In this document: piece by piece, positions 47,391 through 61,466 of the stretch
How positions within the stretch are numbered: the first letter of the stretch is position 1
How the letters are laid out: each line of letters begins with the position of its first letter
Origin: Ministeria vibrans ATCC 50519
Lineage: Eukaryota > Protista > Filasterea
Assembly (NCBI GenBank): GCA_943704425.1
Contig: CALSCP010001735.1
Coordinates: forward strand, 62,001 to 126,000
Reading direction: 5' to 3'
Length of the DNA: 64,000 nt
Notes under the pieces: generated by a model
Database searches by the model: none
Seen by the model: only the letters and a program-made list of their open reading frames with translations
Told to the model about the DNA's origin: nothing
Made by a program: the position numbers and the translations under genes

Positions 47391-47842
47391 TTAGCCTCCT
47401 ACCAGCGGAAAAAGAAGAAAAAAAATCATACAAATTTTAATACGACTGGCAGGCAAAAGATATGGGTGATTGATATATGTACCTCATCCACCCGACGGCG
47501 GCGGTGCTTTTACTCCGCCAATCGCTTGCAGGAGAAAAGATAAAATTGCAATAAGAAATATATAAGAAGAAGAGAGTCTCCTGTTACTTACTGTTGATTC
47601 GGCCAATCCGTCTGCTCCCACCGCCACCACTACCGCCGCTACCGCCACCGCCACCACCGCCCCCTGGACCACCGCCACGGCGAGTCTCGTTGGGACCAGT
47701 CGGAGCATTTGATGCGAGATCGTCAGGCTGGAACACACAACAAACAACAAGTCAGTCAAGTCAAGTCAAAATCAATTCAAGTCAGTGGCACACTCACAGC
47801 TACGGCGACGACGCGTGCGCTCTCACCACCGCAACTAGCCAC

Positions 47843-47932
<90 letters not shown>

Positions 47933-48368
47933 TCAGAAGGAAAACATGATAATCGTTCGTGAACAATGTGAAGAACAAAAAGTTCAGTGACGAAAAACAC
48001 ATTTCACAGACACACGCAATTAGCACGACCTCCCCAATACACCAGGCCCGGCAAGAAGGCGTCCAACCACAGGCGTCCGCAGACGCCACTGGGCAATACA
48101 AACGCCAAATGCGACGCATTAGAAGGAAAAAGAAAAAAAAAAAAGACAAGTTCCACATCAACCAGTCGATTGGACGCACCCACGCATGCCACACGCGGCA
48201 TACCCCACCTCCCTAGTCCAGCCGTCGATCCCCCAGACTCCTCACCTGAAACATCGACTTAAGAAAGAGCGCAACGAAATCGAAAATGCCCCAAAAGATA
48301 TCGGCGGGAAGCGACCAGCGCAGGAGCGGGCGCGAGCGACGCACTTCGCCTCCGCTGATGTACACCAT
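47391..48368 (-). CDS. SELENOK: Selenoprotein K, 102 aa; exons 48368-48246, 47727-47592, 47524-47483, 47398-47391; Sec UGA at 47484-47486
   Basis: MVYISGGEV...DIFWGIFDFVALFLKSMFQ, Gly-rich linker, RRIGRI, ...PPPSGG-U-GG*; exon phases sum to 309 nt; SECIS downstream. Confidence 0.93.
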
Positions 48369-48502
48369 GGAGGGTTGCACGCGCGAAAAGACTCAAGCGC
48401 GTATTTTTAAAAAAAGAAATGTCATAACTCATAACTGAAATATGAGTCAATCGCATTTTTGCACCCAATCGATCGATCAACCAAATATCACAAAATTGTA
48501 CA

Positions 48503-50197
48503 ATGTCAACGTTCGGAAAGGTGTTCCGCGTGACAACATTTGGCGAGTCGCACTGTGCAGGAGTCGGCGCTATCATTGATGGCGTGCCACCGCAGGTTTG
48601 ATCCGTTGCACTTCTGATTGCGTCTCCTCACACTAACTGGAGTAGATGCAACTCAGCGAAGCGGACATCCAGCCGCAGCTTTCGCGCCGCCGACCGGGAC
48701 AGAATGCATTGACAACACAGGTGTGTACCAACGAGAGACAAGAAAGAGACTCACTCATGGACTGCACAGCGTGACGAGAAAGATCAAGTCAAGATTCTGA
48801 GCGGCACTGAGTTTGGAAGAACACTGGGCACTCCCATTGGGCTGATGGTGGCCAACCAAGGTGACTGCTGTGTGCGCTTGCATCCCGTCTTTCTCACCGT
48901 TGCCTCCGTCCCCTGTGTGTTCCTCCTAGACCATCGACCGGGTGACTACGCCTCCATGAATGCCATCCCACGGCCCTCCCATGCCGACTTCACGTACTTT
49001 GCCAAGTACGGCACGCACGCGAGTAGCGGGGGCGGCCGCAGCAGTGCACGCGAGACAATCGGACGAGTTGCCGCCGGCGCCATTGCCGAGAAGTGGCTGC
49101 GTCTCCGGTTTGGTGTGGAGGTACAACACCAGCACTCTTCTGTGCTCCGCTGCCCTGTGCATTCATTTTTGCCTTTGTTCCCCTTGTAAGATTATTGCGT
49201 TTGTCAGTGGCGCAGGCACCGAACGACTTGCAGACGAGCACGTTGAATTGGCCACCATCTCGCGAAGCGATGTCGACGAAACACTTATGAGATGTCCGCA
49301 CAAAGAAACGGCAGAGCGAATGATGAAGCAGGTCGAAGAAGGTAGCGACGCATGTTGATGAAGTTGAAAGATGTCAAATTTGCATTGTATCACAGCCAAA
49401 GAAGCACACGACAGTATTGGGGGCATTGTGACGTGTGTGTGCCGAAACGTCCCGGCAGGTCTGGGAGAGCCGTGTTTTGACAAGGCACGTCACACTAAGA
49501 GCCCGCACGCTCATTCATTCCTTACTGACACCAGTCTCTGTGCCCCCTGTCCTGTGTTACCGTGTAGCTTGAGGCGATGTTGGCACACGCCATGATGTCC
49601 ATCCCCGCCACAAAGGGATTTGAGATTGGCAGTGGATTTGCCGGTATTCAAAAAAACAACTCAAAGAAACACAAGTCCAACCCTTCAAACAGCTAGCTCA
49701 ACCAACCAAAGCCAAACAACTCTACCAAATTAGATTAAATCACCTCAAAATAACCACAAAAAAAAATAACAGTGCCAAAAAATTTGTGTCATGTAGGAAC
49801 TCGGATGCACGGAAGCGAACACAACGACGCGTTCGAAGGGCGGGCAGACGGTACACTGGGTACAGTGACGAATCGCAGCGGAGGCATTCAAGGTGGGATC
49901 AGCAACGGCGAGGCCGTGCTCATGCGCATTGCCTTCAAGCCCCCGGCGACCATCGGCCAGGCTCAGGCGACCGTCGACTATGCCGGCACCCCCGCCGAGC
50001 TGGCTGCGCGCGGCCGCCACGACCCGTGTGTCGTCAACCGTGCCGTGCCCATCGTGGAGGCTATGGCGGCGCTTGTCCTCGCCGACGCAGCCATGATCCA
50101 GCTGGCACGTGCTGCTTCTATTGCCCCGCGCGACGCACTGCCCCTCTCCAACTTGCGCGACACCATAAGCGAAGTGACCGAAAGAGCTCCCAAATAA
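48503..50197 (+). CDS. aroC: Chorismate synthase, multi-exon
   Basis: [10 protein letters not shown]; PRPSHAD; [17 protein letters not shown]; [11 protein letters not shown]; RGRHDPCVV. Confidence 0.97.
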
Positions 50198-50230
50198 AAA
50201 CAGAATAAAACTTAGTAGTATAATGTCCCT

Positions 50231-51100
50231 TCATTGCATTCCCGTCTCGTCAATGTGCACGGGCGCCTCCATGACACTCGCGTCGACCACGAGCGACTCC
50301 TCTTCGCCCTTGACCAACTCCCAAAACTTGGCCTCGGCACAGGCCACGTCGTTCTTGCGCTTCTCCATCCCCTCCGTCGTCTCCGCCGGCGACTCGTCCG
50401 TCCCGCCTGCTCCTCCGCTACCCCCCTCTCGTTGCTTTAGCCGCATTTCTTTGGTGCGCGCCTCCATTAGCTTTTCACGCTTCGTCTCGCGATCAAACAA
50501 CGCTCCGACCGTCTGCTTCTCTGTTGCACCCGCCACCACCAGCGCCCCTCCCAACTCCACCATTGTCACCGTTCCATCCGCTCCCCCGCAAGCCAACAGC
50601 CGTCCCGTGTCTGGCACAACTGACAGCGACTGCACGGCTACGTCGCTCACGCTGACCGTGAGCGCAGGCTCGCTCTGGCGTACCAAATAGTCCCACACGT
50701 CGACAGTTCCGTCCATCTTGCTCGTGAAGAAGACGGCAGGGCGCACGGGACTCCAGCAGCCGTCGGTCAGGTAGGCCTGGTGATAGCGCGTCGACATGAT
50801 TGGCGTGCGCAAGTCCTCATTCCACACGCGCGCCGTCCAGTCGCCCACCGACAAAAAGTGCTTGGGAAAGAAGGTGTTGCGTGCAACCGCGTACACCGGG
50901 CCGTGGTGTCCGCCGTATGCCCCGACAATCCGCTCGCTCGCTGACTTTGCCTTGCGGTTGCATGCTACCACCGTTCCCTGCTCGCATCCCACCATAAATT
51001 TCGTCGGCTACTCGTACGCATCCAGTGTACAAAAAAAAGTCAGAAAAAAAACAAAATAATTAATAATCATAAAAATAATAAGTAAAAATTCATAATAATA

Positions 51101-51132
<32 letters not shown>

Positions 51133-53041
51133 ATTATGACACTGATTGTTTTTGTTTTCTTGCTTGTGACTGACCATTGTAGACTCAAACTCGAGTGTCA
51201 CTCCGCCCATTAAACGCCCCGTCTTGCCCACGTCAAGCACCAGTGAGTCTGTTGGTTCGCTCAACTTGCGCGTGTCCCACCACAGAACCTTCCATTAAAT
51301 GAAAAAAGAGTTATTTTTAATAAAAAAGAAAAACATCAAAAGCGTACCATTCCATCAGTGGACGTGCTGAAAAACTCGGTTCCCGTCTTGCTGTTGTTCC
51401 ATGCAACGCGATGAACAGGGTCCCGATGGCTCTTCTCAATGGGACTTGCCTCCACTGCATGGGAACCCTTGCGCGTGTCCCAGAACGCAACAGAGCCATT
51501 GTAGCAGCCGCCTGTCAATCGACATCATGTAAAATCATTCATTTCATAATAATTATTATTCACTTCCATTCCTAATAACCCGTCGTTTGTACGTACCAGC
51601 CAAGATGTTCCCGTCCTTTGGATTGTACTCAAGAGAAAGCAAGGCCGACGAAGGTGTGATTGTCATCTCAGGCGCAATCGGGCGTTCAATGTTCCACAAG
51701 TGCGAATCCAATGACAAATCAGAAGGTGCCTGAAGTAACATTAAAACGAAGACGACATGAACAACAATAACATGAATAATAATAAAACACATTAATGATT
51801 GTCATTAATTATAAATAAATAATTATAATAATTTATAATTATTGAAAAATATAAATAATTTATGCCTATACCTGGTTGAAAAGAGCGACAACAAAATTGC
51901 ACCATAGTTGAACAGGAAAAAAAACAGTAATTTTCATCGTAAAACATCAATAATTTAAGCAATACGTATAAATGCATACCTTTTGAAAGTCCAACACGGA
52001 GTAGCTGACTGCAATGCGGCGAGCACCGTCGGGTTGCCAGGACACGTGTGTCGCAGAGCGCGACACGGACGTCTCCTTGGCATGGGGGTCGCGGAAGAGC
52101 TGCACTGTCTTTGCCGTTGGTGTCTCGTTTGTGGGCGCGTTCAACAGCGCTTGCGTTGCATCGTCCGCAAAATACTCCTCGTAAATGTCAAGTGCATTGT
52201 TTTGCTTTACTACATGCTCCATCGTCTACAACATACACACATACATATAATTGTATATTTAATATTAAATTTATGTGCTTGACATATACCAAATCCAGGA
52301 TATATTCAGCGTACCTTGCCCAACGAAACCACCGCCTGAATGTACTCCTCTTCCTTCTCCGTCTTTTTTCTGTACCGGATTGTCTGCTCTGCCTCACTTG
52401 CATCCACATCCTTGGGCCAGCCGCCCTCAACATGATTGATGCCGCGCGAAACGTACTCGACAACTTCAGTGTTCACCTACAAAGCAATTTTGCCATTGTT
52501 TTAATAACACCCAGTGCAACGACTGATTCTTCCAGATGTGCACATTGGCAATAGACAGCGTTATTCCCTTGACTTCATGCATACATATGTACGTGTGACA
52601 TATATACGCAACACTTGAGCGCACGAATTGCAGAGGTCCAAAATCATCGTTGCCAAGGCGACGAAAGGTGAGCCAACATTTGTTTTGCCAAAGTGAAGCA
52701 GTTCTAGCGCTAAATTCTCCTCAGATCCCTGCCCCACATTATAATACTCCCCTCATAATACCCATGCAAACGCACCCAAATCACACAGTTAACGCTGAGC
52801 CTCAAACAGTTTGGAAAAATAAAACAGCGAAAAGGTCACGCAAAACTACAATGCTCACTTCATGCTCTGACTTCTCAGCAGACACCTGGACGCCCGCACT
52901 GGGATGGCTTGAAATCACAAAGTTGTCTTGTAGCTCTTTTTGAGGTGACAAGTCGATGATTAGCTCAGGCATTGTATCACTAAAATGACACATTCGACCA
53001 AAGTCGGAGCGCTTCCGCTGATACGCATGAACAATCTCCAT
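50231..53041 (-). CDS. DNAI2: Axonemal outer-arm dynein intermediate chain 2 (WD40)
   Basis: [16 protein letters not shown]; VEGGWPKDV; [13 protein letters not shown]; [12 protein letters not shown]; [11 protein letters not shown]. Confidence 0.95.
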
Positions 53042-53173
53042 GTCAAATGACAAAATAATATAGTATATGATTCTGCAAGGAAAATTGAAATTGAAACGAT
53101 AAACTATAAAATATGAATAATATTTAATAATAACTTTGTCACCTTTTTTTCCTTCGTTAGTTTACGTCGGAGT

Positions 53174-53883
53174 ATGCGGGGATGTTGCCCACGATTGTGT
53201 GGCAACAGACTGATCAACACCAATGTGGCAATCATTCCCGCAAGCAAAATGTGTGCGACAGATTACCGCGAAATTGACTGGGCCTTTTGGGGGAATGTCT
53301 TCTTCGCCCTCGGCTCCGCATTGTACCTTATCACTGGCATCATGGCGTAAGGATCCCTGTCACGTTTCGATTTTTGAACTTGTGTCGCGTTTTCACACAC
53401 ATTCCCATCATTCTCGTCCAACTGTTCTCTCTCTCCGACGCCCCACACGCTGACACACGCACCCATACATGCACGCACGCATGCCCCGACTCGCCCACAC
53501 CCACACTCGCTCACGCTGGTCTGTGTCGTCGTCCCGCTGTAGATTCTGGAGCGGCAAGGAAGACACGCTCGTTGCGTCGTACCTCAATCTGCTCGCGAGC
53601 GTCAACTACATCTTCGACGCTCTTTTTTACCTGCTCGCCTGGTATGTTGAGAAGCGGTTTGTGACGCCCGTCAAGGTTCTCGAAGACGTCGCAGTGGACA
53701 ACGTCTCGCGCGACTACGACCTTGTCGTCAGCGAGCTCCCTACGTGGTTTGAAAAGGCCGACTGGACCTTCTGGGGGTATGCACACACTAAGCTCTAAGC
53801 ACACTAAGCACACACACGCGCACACACCCCACATATACCACACACACGCACACCACATATACCACACACACACACCACATATA

Positions 53884-53964
<81 letters not shown>

Positions 53965-54836
53965 ATGTCTTCAAACAATAATCGAAAACAACTTTTGCTG
54001 TAGTGCATTTCTCTTCGTCGTAGCTTCCATTGGTTACTTCGCACAGTCCGTTCTGAGCATCTGGTTTCCCAATGAAGGCTTTGCCAACTTTATGAGTGGC
54101 ACTCTGGGCGCAAGTAACGCACCACACAGCAACATCAATGCCTGCTAAATCGCGTCTTACTCTTCATTTTGTTCCTAGTCATCTTCTTGTTCGATAGTTT
54201 TGCCTATATCGCCAGTTGGTGGCTTAACAAGCGCGCCACGGGTGGCACCGAAGACGAGCGATTCATGTTCAGCACAAAGGGCGATTGGAGGTACTCCTAC
54301 CGGCAATCGCTTCAAAATTAATTCGTGTTTCTCTCTAGACTATTCGATTGGTCCGGTTGGGGCGACTGGTACTATCGGTGTTGTAATCGGTGTTGTATTT
54401 GTGTTATGAGTGTGACCCTAATTCACATCTTCTCCTTCATCATCATCATCTTTTTCTTCTTCTTCTCTCTCGTAGGCTGTTTGTGATAGGATCTGTGCTC
54501 TACATTGCGAGCAACTTTGATCTTGAGTATGTGGATGACACACTGGGCATTCTCATTTCAAACATTATCAACCTGCTCGCCGGTACGTCTCACAACCCAT
54601 GGCGCTTTTTTGGCACTTACTCCATGAAAATAGCCATTCTCTTTATGGTCGATCCATTTTTGTACTTTGTGTCTGGTTGGGCTGAGGAATCTCTGGAGCG
54701 CGAATTCGGGTTGGAAGTGGACTACGACAACGAAGAGGACTACGAAGTCGACGTGGACGAGTACGGCGACAAGGACGACATCAACGACGACGACGACCAA
54801 CGCAGTGCGCGACGGTCCCTCTTGCATCATGTATAG
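53174..54836 (+). CDS. Multi-pass membrane protein with three YrhK-like DWxxWG repeats and an acidic tail
   Basis: IDWAFWGNVFFALGSALYL, ADWTFWG, FDWSGWGDW|LFVIGSVLYI. Confidence 0.6.
53887..53963. repeat. (CA)n intronic microsatellite
   Basis: Seen directly. Confidence 0.97.
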
Positions 54837-55060
54837 GCTATCGTCGGACGCATCAGCGTCAACCCCAACAAGCAACAGAAACAACTTATGCCATTTTAGG
54901 AAAATGAAGTGAAAAGACGTAATAAGTAAAAATTAATAATAATAATAATAATAATAATTATTAGTATTATTATAATAATTATTTTACTATGTTTGGACTT
55001 TTTAAGCAGATCGAAAAAGGGATTTTTTTACCATAAATACCACTTTATTTGATAGTTGCG

Positions 55061-58000
55061 ATGGTCCTGCGGAAGGCCTTCCGCGTCAGCGTGGCGTCGT
55101 CAAAGCTCGTCCAGCGAAGTGTCCTCGTCGAGAACCGCATCGACGACTCGGCCATTCTCCTGCAACCCGATTCCGTCGAACAGCTCAGTACGGACGCCCG
55201 CACCGCCGCCTCTGCTCGGCCACGCATGCATATGCACCTGTGGTCTCCCGCCCTGCGCCAGCACCGTGCGGCGGATTCGCTTCGTCTCCTCTCTTCATCG
55301 CATCTCTTATTTTTGACAACGATCGAGTGATAATACTTATTATTGTCTCCTTTCAGCACCCGATGAGCTCACTGTGCTCCGCTCTAATAAGCAACACACT
55401 TTTGCGACCGACGCGTACCACTGTCTGGGCGTTTTGCGCTGTGGTTCGCACGGTAAACACTCAAAGACGCCTCTTTTTTATGGTGTGAGTGTGTGTTGAT
55501 CTGATTTGCTGTGGCGCCTTTCGACTAGGTCTCTATCTGATGCTCATCACTCGCTGTTGCTCGGTTGCCCGTCCATTTGACGGCGCTGAAATATTCAGGG
55601 TGACTCAAGTGGACTTTGTGTCGCTTGTGGATCAGGCGTCGGTGGCAAGCGCCGGCAATGGGGCGGGCGGGAGTGGCACCAGCGACACGGAGGATGTCGG
55701 GACGAAACTGGCGGGAGTGAAGAAGCTGCTCAACTCGGGTTCATTCTACTTTGGCGTTGGTTACGACGTTACTCAGAGTGCGCTCATGTTGTGCAAGGGC
55801 GAAGGCCGCGACACTCGTTTCATTTGGAACCGACACATGCGAAAATTCTTCACGGAACGTGGTAGTGCCGTCCAACCCGACCTGTGGACCACGCGTGTTA
55901 TCCGTGGTGCCGTCGTCTTCTCCACCGTCTACGCCGGCGTGCGTCAAGCCAAAATTGGCGTGTTGTCCCGCATCAGTTGTGAACGCGCTGGCAAGCGCTA
56001 TCTCACGCGCGGTGTCGATGACGACGGATGTGTAGCTAACTTTGTTGAGACGGAGCAGGTGAGAAAAAAAGACAGTTTGACTGTGTTCCCATCATAATTA
56101 TTATTATTGAATTGTTATTGTATTATTATGTATTATTATAATTGTATTATTATTGTATTATAATTGTATTATTATTGTACTATTGGTATTCACCTCGTCT
56201 GCTTATTTGTAGTTGATCTTCCTCGAGGGCAAAATGATGGCATTCCTGCAAACACGCGGTTCGGTACCCGTTTTCTGGGAGCAGCCGGGTCTGCAGGTGG
56301 GTGCGCACAAGGTGCGTCTGTCCCGCTCGCACGAGGCAACGGCACCCGCGTTCCGGCGTCACATAGACCGCCAGTTCACTCTCTACAGTGCCGTCCAGAT
56401 AGTCAATCTTCTTGGCGCCGGTGCCTCTGAGAAGGAGCTCTCCGATGCATACGTGAAACACTCGCAAGAATGGCAATCTGTCGATGACTCGCCCCTTCCC
56501 CTCATCTCTTTTGACTTTCACGCGGTAAGTATTCAAAGTGCTCTTACGTATGTGTGGACTGGTCGAAAGGAGAGAGGGAGAGAGATGCGGAAAAAGAAAG
56601 AAAGAAACAAACAAACAAAGTGATAGAGAGGCAGAGTGCGAGAGGGAAGAACGAAAGTCGAGAGAGAAAACGAAACTCGAGAGAGAAAACGAAACTAGAG
56701 AAGGGGCGCGGCTTCTGATTGAATGTGTGTTGCAGCGCACCAAAGGAGGACGACTCGAGAACCTGAATGAGCTGGTGGACTCGCTGCAGGATTACATTTC
56801 CAGCAATGGCTACAACATGTTCAACGGCCGCTCCGTCGTCAGTGTTCAGGCAGGTGTTGTTCGCACTAACTGTCTCGACTGCCTCGACCGTACCAATGTC
56901 GTCCAGATGACAATTGCCCATCAGGTAGAGAACCTTTTACTAATATTATGACACTCATAATAGTAATAATTCTAAATTCATAATAATAATAATAATTATT
57001 ATTAATAATTATTTATAATTATTTGTGTTTCTTTGCTTCTCCTTTTGCCGTAGGTCCTTGCCTCACAACTGAAAAAACTTGGTCTTCATACCCCTTTGCT
57101 ACGCACACGATTCAGCGAGGTTTTTCGCAAGTTGTGGGTGCGCAATGGCGATGCGATTTCTCGTTGCTACGCCGGCACAGGCGCGCTCAAGGCGGACGTG
57201 ACGCTCAAGGGCAAGCGCACCAAGAAGGGTGCTTTCCGCGACACCATGCGCTCCGTCAGTCGTGCCATTCAGAACAACTTTTTTGATGGTAAGCGCCAGT
57301 TGGCCATGGACGTGCTGTTGGGCACAGACGTCGACGAGAGTGTGTTGCGCGCATCGGAGGAGTCATCGGGACTCACCGGCAGTGGCGGCGGTCCCAGTGG
57401 CAGTGCATCGGGCGTTGGCACGCTCAATCGGCGCATCATTGAGAAGCTCAAGGAACGCGAGTCGGAGTTTTCCACCGTCGAGCAGCTTCGTCTTTTTGTT
57501 GGCACGTGGAACGTCAATGGGGGTCTGGCCAAGAGCGAGGAGGACAAACTCGAGGAGTGGCTCGTCAATCCCGCCTGTCAGTCGTACACATTCAAAGAGG
57601 ATGCGCTCGTGTCGCTTGACGATAACCACCACAACAACACGAACACCGGCAGCAGGAGCAACAGCGACACCAGCGGCCGTAGCACTGCCGCCACCAACGA
57701 CGAACAGACTCCGTCGCCCGATGTGTTTGTCATTGGCTTCCAGGAGGTGGTCGACCTGACAGCGAGCAACATTGTGGGCGCAGCAGACCAGTTCAACCGA
57801 CATGTGTGGGAGAAGAGTTTGAAGCGCACGATCAACGGACAGCAGCATCGAGGCTGGCCCTCGTACGCTCTCGTCGTGAGTCGTCAGCTTGTGGGTCTGT
57901 GTATTTGTATCTTTGCCAAACAGTCGCTCATGCCGTTTGTACGTGATGTGGTCATTGGCACGCAGAAGACTGGTATGCGTGGGATGGCAGCGAACAAGGG

Positions 58001-58839
58001 TGGTATCGCCGCTCGCATCCGCCTGTACAACACAAGCATCTGCTTTGTGTGCGCCCATCTGGCCGCCGGCCAGTCCAATGTGCCCGAGCGCAACCGCGAC
58101 TACCAGAACATTCGCTCGTCCGTCTCGTTTGGCAAAGGGCGCACCATCGACACGCACGACGCCGTCGTGTGGCTTGGTGACTTCAACTATCGCGTCGACC
58201 TGCCCTACGACGAGTGCAAGCAACGGGCGCTCGAAGGCGGCTACGATATCCTTGCGGAGCACGACCAGCTGCGCTTGCAACGTGCCGCCGGCAAGGTCTT
58301 CGAGGGCTTCACAGAGGGACCCCTTGCCTTTGCACCCACCTACAAGTACGACTTGGGCACCGACGTGTACGACACAAGTGAGAAGGCGCGTTCGCCCGCC
58401 TGGTGCGACCGTGTGCTTTATCAGGGCAAGGCCATTCGCCAGCTGCTCGAGTATGGCCGAGCCGAGTTGCTTACTAGCGATCACCGGCCCGTGTTTGCCG
58501 TCATGGTGCTCAATGCTCTTCACATTGACAGTGACGCACGCGAACGCATTCTGTCTCAACTCATCAGCGAGTTTGAGCTCACCGACGGTGTTACCGTGAC
58601 AATGGCACCTGTGCCGCCCAATGTCACGCGCGACCACGTCGAGCTGCTCATGTCCAAGTACGGGACCATTCTGCGTGTGCGGCTCGTCGCCGGCTGTGCG
58701 CACGTCTGCTTTGAGACCATGGACGGTGCACGGGCCGCCGTTGCCCAGGATGGCAGTCTGAATGTTCTGGGCGCCGAGCAGGCCGATCCGGTCTTTATTG
58801 AGTATGCTCGTCCTCGCACAGGTGCCTACGAAGGTACGG

Positions 58840-58883
<44 letters not shown>

Positions 58884-59965
58884 NNNNNNNNNNAATCTCC
58901 TTCACCAACAACGTCAATGACTTTGTTTTGTTTATTCATCTTTTAAAACTGTTGTATTTTGGTTTTAATTTAGGGATGTTGGTGGAGTTTGACCCAGGCG
59001 AGAATCAATTGTCGCGGGCGATGATTGCAGCACCACTGCCGGGTGACGAGGAAGTATTTGATGCGCTGGATGAAGACTACAGCTCGGAGGGCGAGGACGA
59101 AGACGACGAAGGGGACGGCGACAGTCTGCTGGAGCCCGAGAGCGACCGTGACGACAGAAGCCTTAGCGGCGACGTGGAGTTTCGGGCTGTGCCACTCAGC
59201 GCGTCGACTGTCCAACACCAGGATCCTTTTGATGCCGTCGAGCAACAGGCTGTTGCTGCTGCCATTACCAACGCGAATGCTACACCAGCCCCTCGGCCCT
59301 CGCGCCCGCCGCCTCCTCGTGTCGTTGCCAGCTCTTCGTCAACCACACCAGCCAGTACGACGGTATCCTCAGCACCACCCCCGTTGCCTTCGACCCGTCC
59401 CAAATTACCCACGACGGCAACGAAAGCACAACCTCCTGCGCGCCCCGCCCCTCCGGCCAAGCCTCAGCGACCTGCCCCCCCCGTCGTAAAGCGACCTCGC
59501 AGCACTGTTTCGACGTCGGAACACTCAGACAGCACTTCTCAACGTCCACCTTCGACTTCGTCGTCCTACTCCGACGTCACATCACTTGTCAACGACGAGT
59601 CCCCTGCCACGTCCTTTTCCCGTCGGCCGCTGTCCTCCTCCTCGTCGTCGTCGTCGTCGCTCAGTCGTGCCGCTGCGCCTCCTACACGTCCGCCCGCACC
59701 GCGCCTCACCGTGACCCCATCATCATCGTCACCAGCTGCTGCACCTGCCATCCCTTCATCTCGTGGTCCTGCCCCTCAACTCGAGGCCAGCAAGAGGGGC
59801 ACCCCTCCACCACGCCCCGCCCCAGCCGTGCGCGGCCCTCCGCCCCCACTCCCGTCCGCCCCATCGCCAACCTCCTCTGCAGCGCACCGCAAGCCCCCGC
59901 CCCCCATTGTCGCACCGCGTCCCCGTCTATTACCCGAATCCGGCCAAGCGGGTGATGCCGAATGA
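55061..59965 (+). CDS. SYNJ: Synaptojanin (Sac1, inositol 5-phosphatase, RRM, Pro-rich tail)
   Basis: RGSVPVFWEQ; RTNCLDCLDRTN; GTWNVNG; WLGDFNYR; PTYKYD; PAWCDRVL; SDHRPV. Confidence 0.96.
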
Positions 59966-60319
59966 CGTTCTATGATGATTGTACAGCCAATGCAAATTTA
60001 TATTATTACCCTTTCATCAACCAAGGAAAAAAAAATAAAAATAAAAAATAAAAAAAAACGTGTCGGCGACCCGTTTCAAAATCGAAAAACACTGCACAGT
60101 GGCCCTAGAAGGAACGAAACACGACGTGGCGGTGGCGTCGTTGCTGGCATATACTGTGCGTTCTCTGTGCGTGCCTTCCGAACGCTGGTTTGTTGTCGCA
60201 TCACATTGTGTTGTTTTTTTTTTTCCGTTGGCGGCGTGTCGCGATCTCGAAAAAAAAAAACGCTTTTCAGACACAATTTGAATTCAACTTCCCTGCCGAA
60301 GTCGCGTAGCACTACAGAC

Positions 60320-61390
60320 ATGTCGCAGGCATCGATGGAGAACCCAATAGACCGCATTCAGTGCCTGATACAGGCCACGTCGCAAGATATCATTCGCGAT
60401 CTTCAAAGCGACTCAATGGGCGGCGAGCTGCTCGACGGCAGCCTGCGCATGACGGACACCCAGCAACAGTGCACGCCGACCACGGCGGCGGCCAATGCGG
60501 TGGGAGTCCTCGCACAGCCCATGGAAGTGCCTCAAAACGACAGTGGCGCCGAAGACCACCAACATTTTGCAATAGGCGACGGCGACGAGACCGACGAGAT
60601 CGACGGGGCTGTGCGACGAGGAGCCGGGCGTCCCCGGTCGAAGCGCATGTCCGAAAAGCGAAAGTACGCGGCAGCGATGGGTAACGGTCACGAACGAAAC
60701 GGAGACCACATCGACCTTGACGACGACGACGACGACGACGACGATGATGAGGAGGATGACGAGGACGATGATGACGATGAAGACGGTGGCGGGGGTGGGT
60801 ACAATCGTCGTGGCAACGGCGCTCAGAAGGGACGCTCTCGACGACGCCGTCAACGACCGGTCGATATGGACGAGGACGATGAGGGAGCAATGAGTGATGA
60901 GGTCAAGTTGTTTTTGCCGTCGGCCAAACGCAAGCGCAACACCAAGAAGCGCAAGGTCTCCGGTGGTGCAGGTGGTGCTGCAGAGTCCTCTTCGCCGCCC
61001 ACGTTCCGACCGCCGGGACTTTCGCGAGGAGGGCATCGTGGAAGCAGTGTGAGCAGCGGCCGCTCGAGATCCTCCGCCGCCGCTGGTGGTGGTGGGGTGT
61101 TTTCGCCGTCCCTTCCCGAACACGATACTCTGGCAGCGCACAGCGCTCGTCCCCAGCCTAGCGGACCGTTCAATTTCTCTGTGGAGTTGCCTCGTGACAA
61201 GACTCTGGGCGTGTCCGATCGCTCTAAGGCCTGGATTTACTCATCAACCTACAACAGGTATGAATCATATTATTAATAACAAAAAAATCAACAGAATGAT
61301 AAGAAAATAAAGAGATTGTGGAGCTGTACAAATTTATCATATTATTACTATTATTATTATTATTATTATTATATTATTATTATTATTATT

Positions 61391-61466
<76 letters not shown>

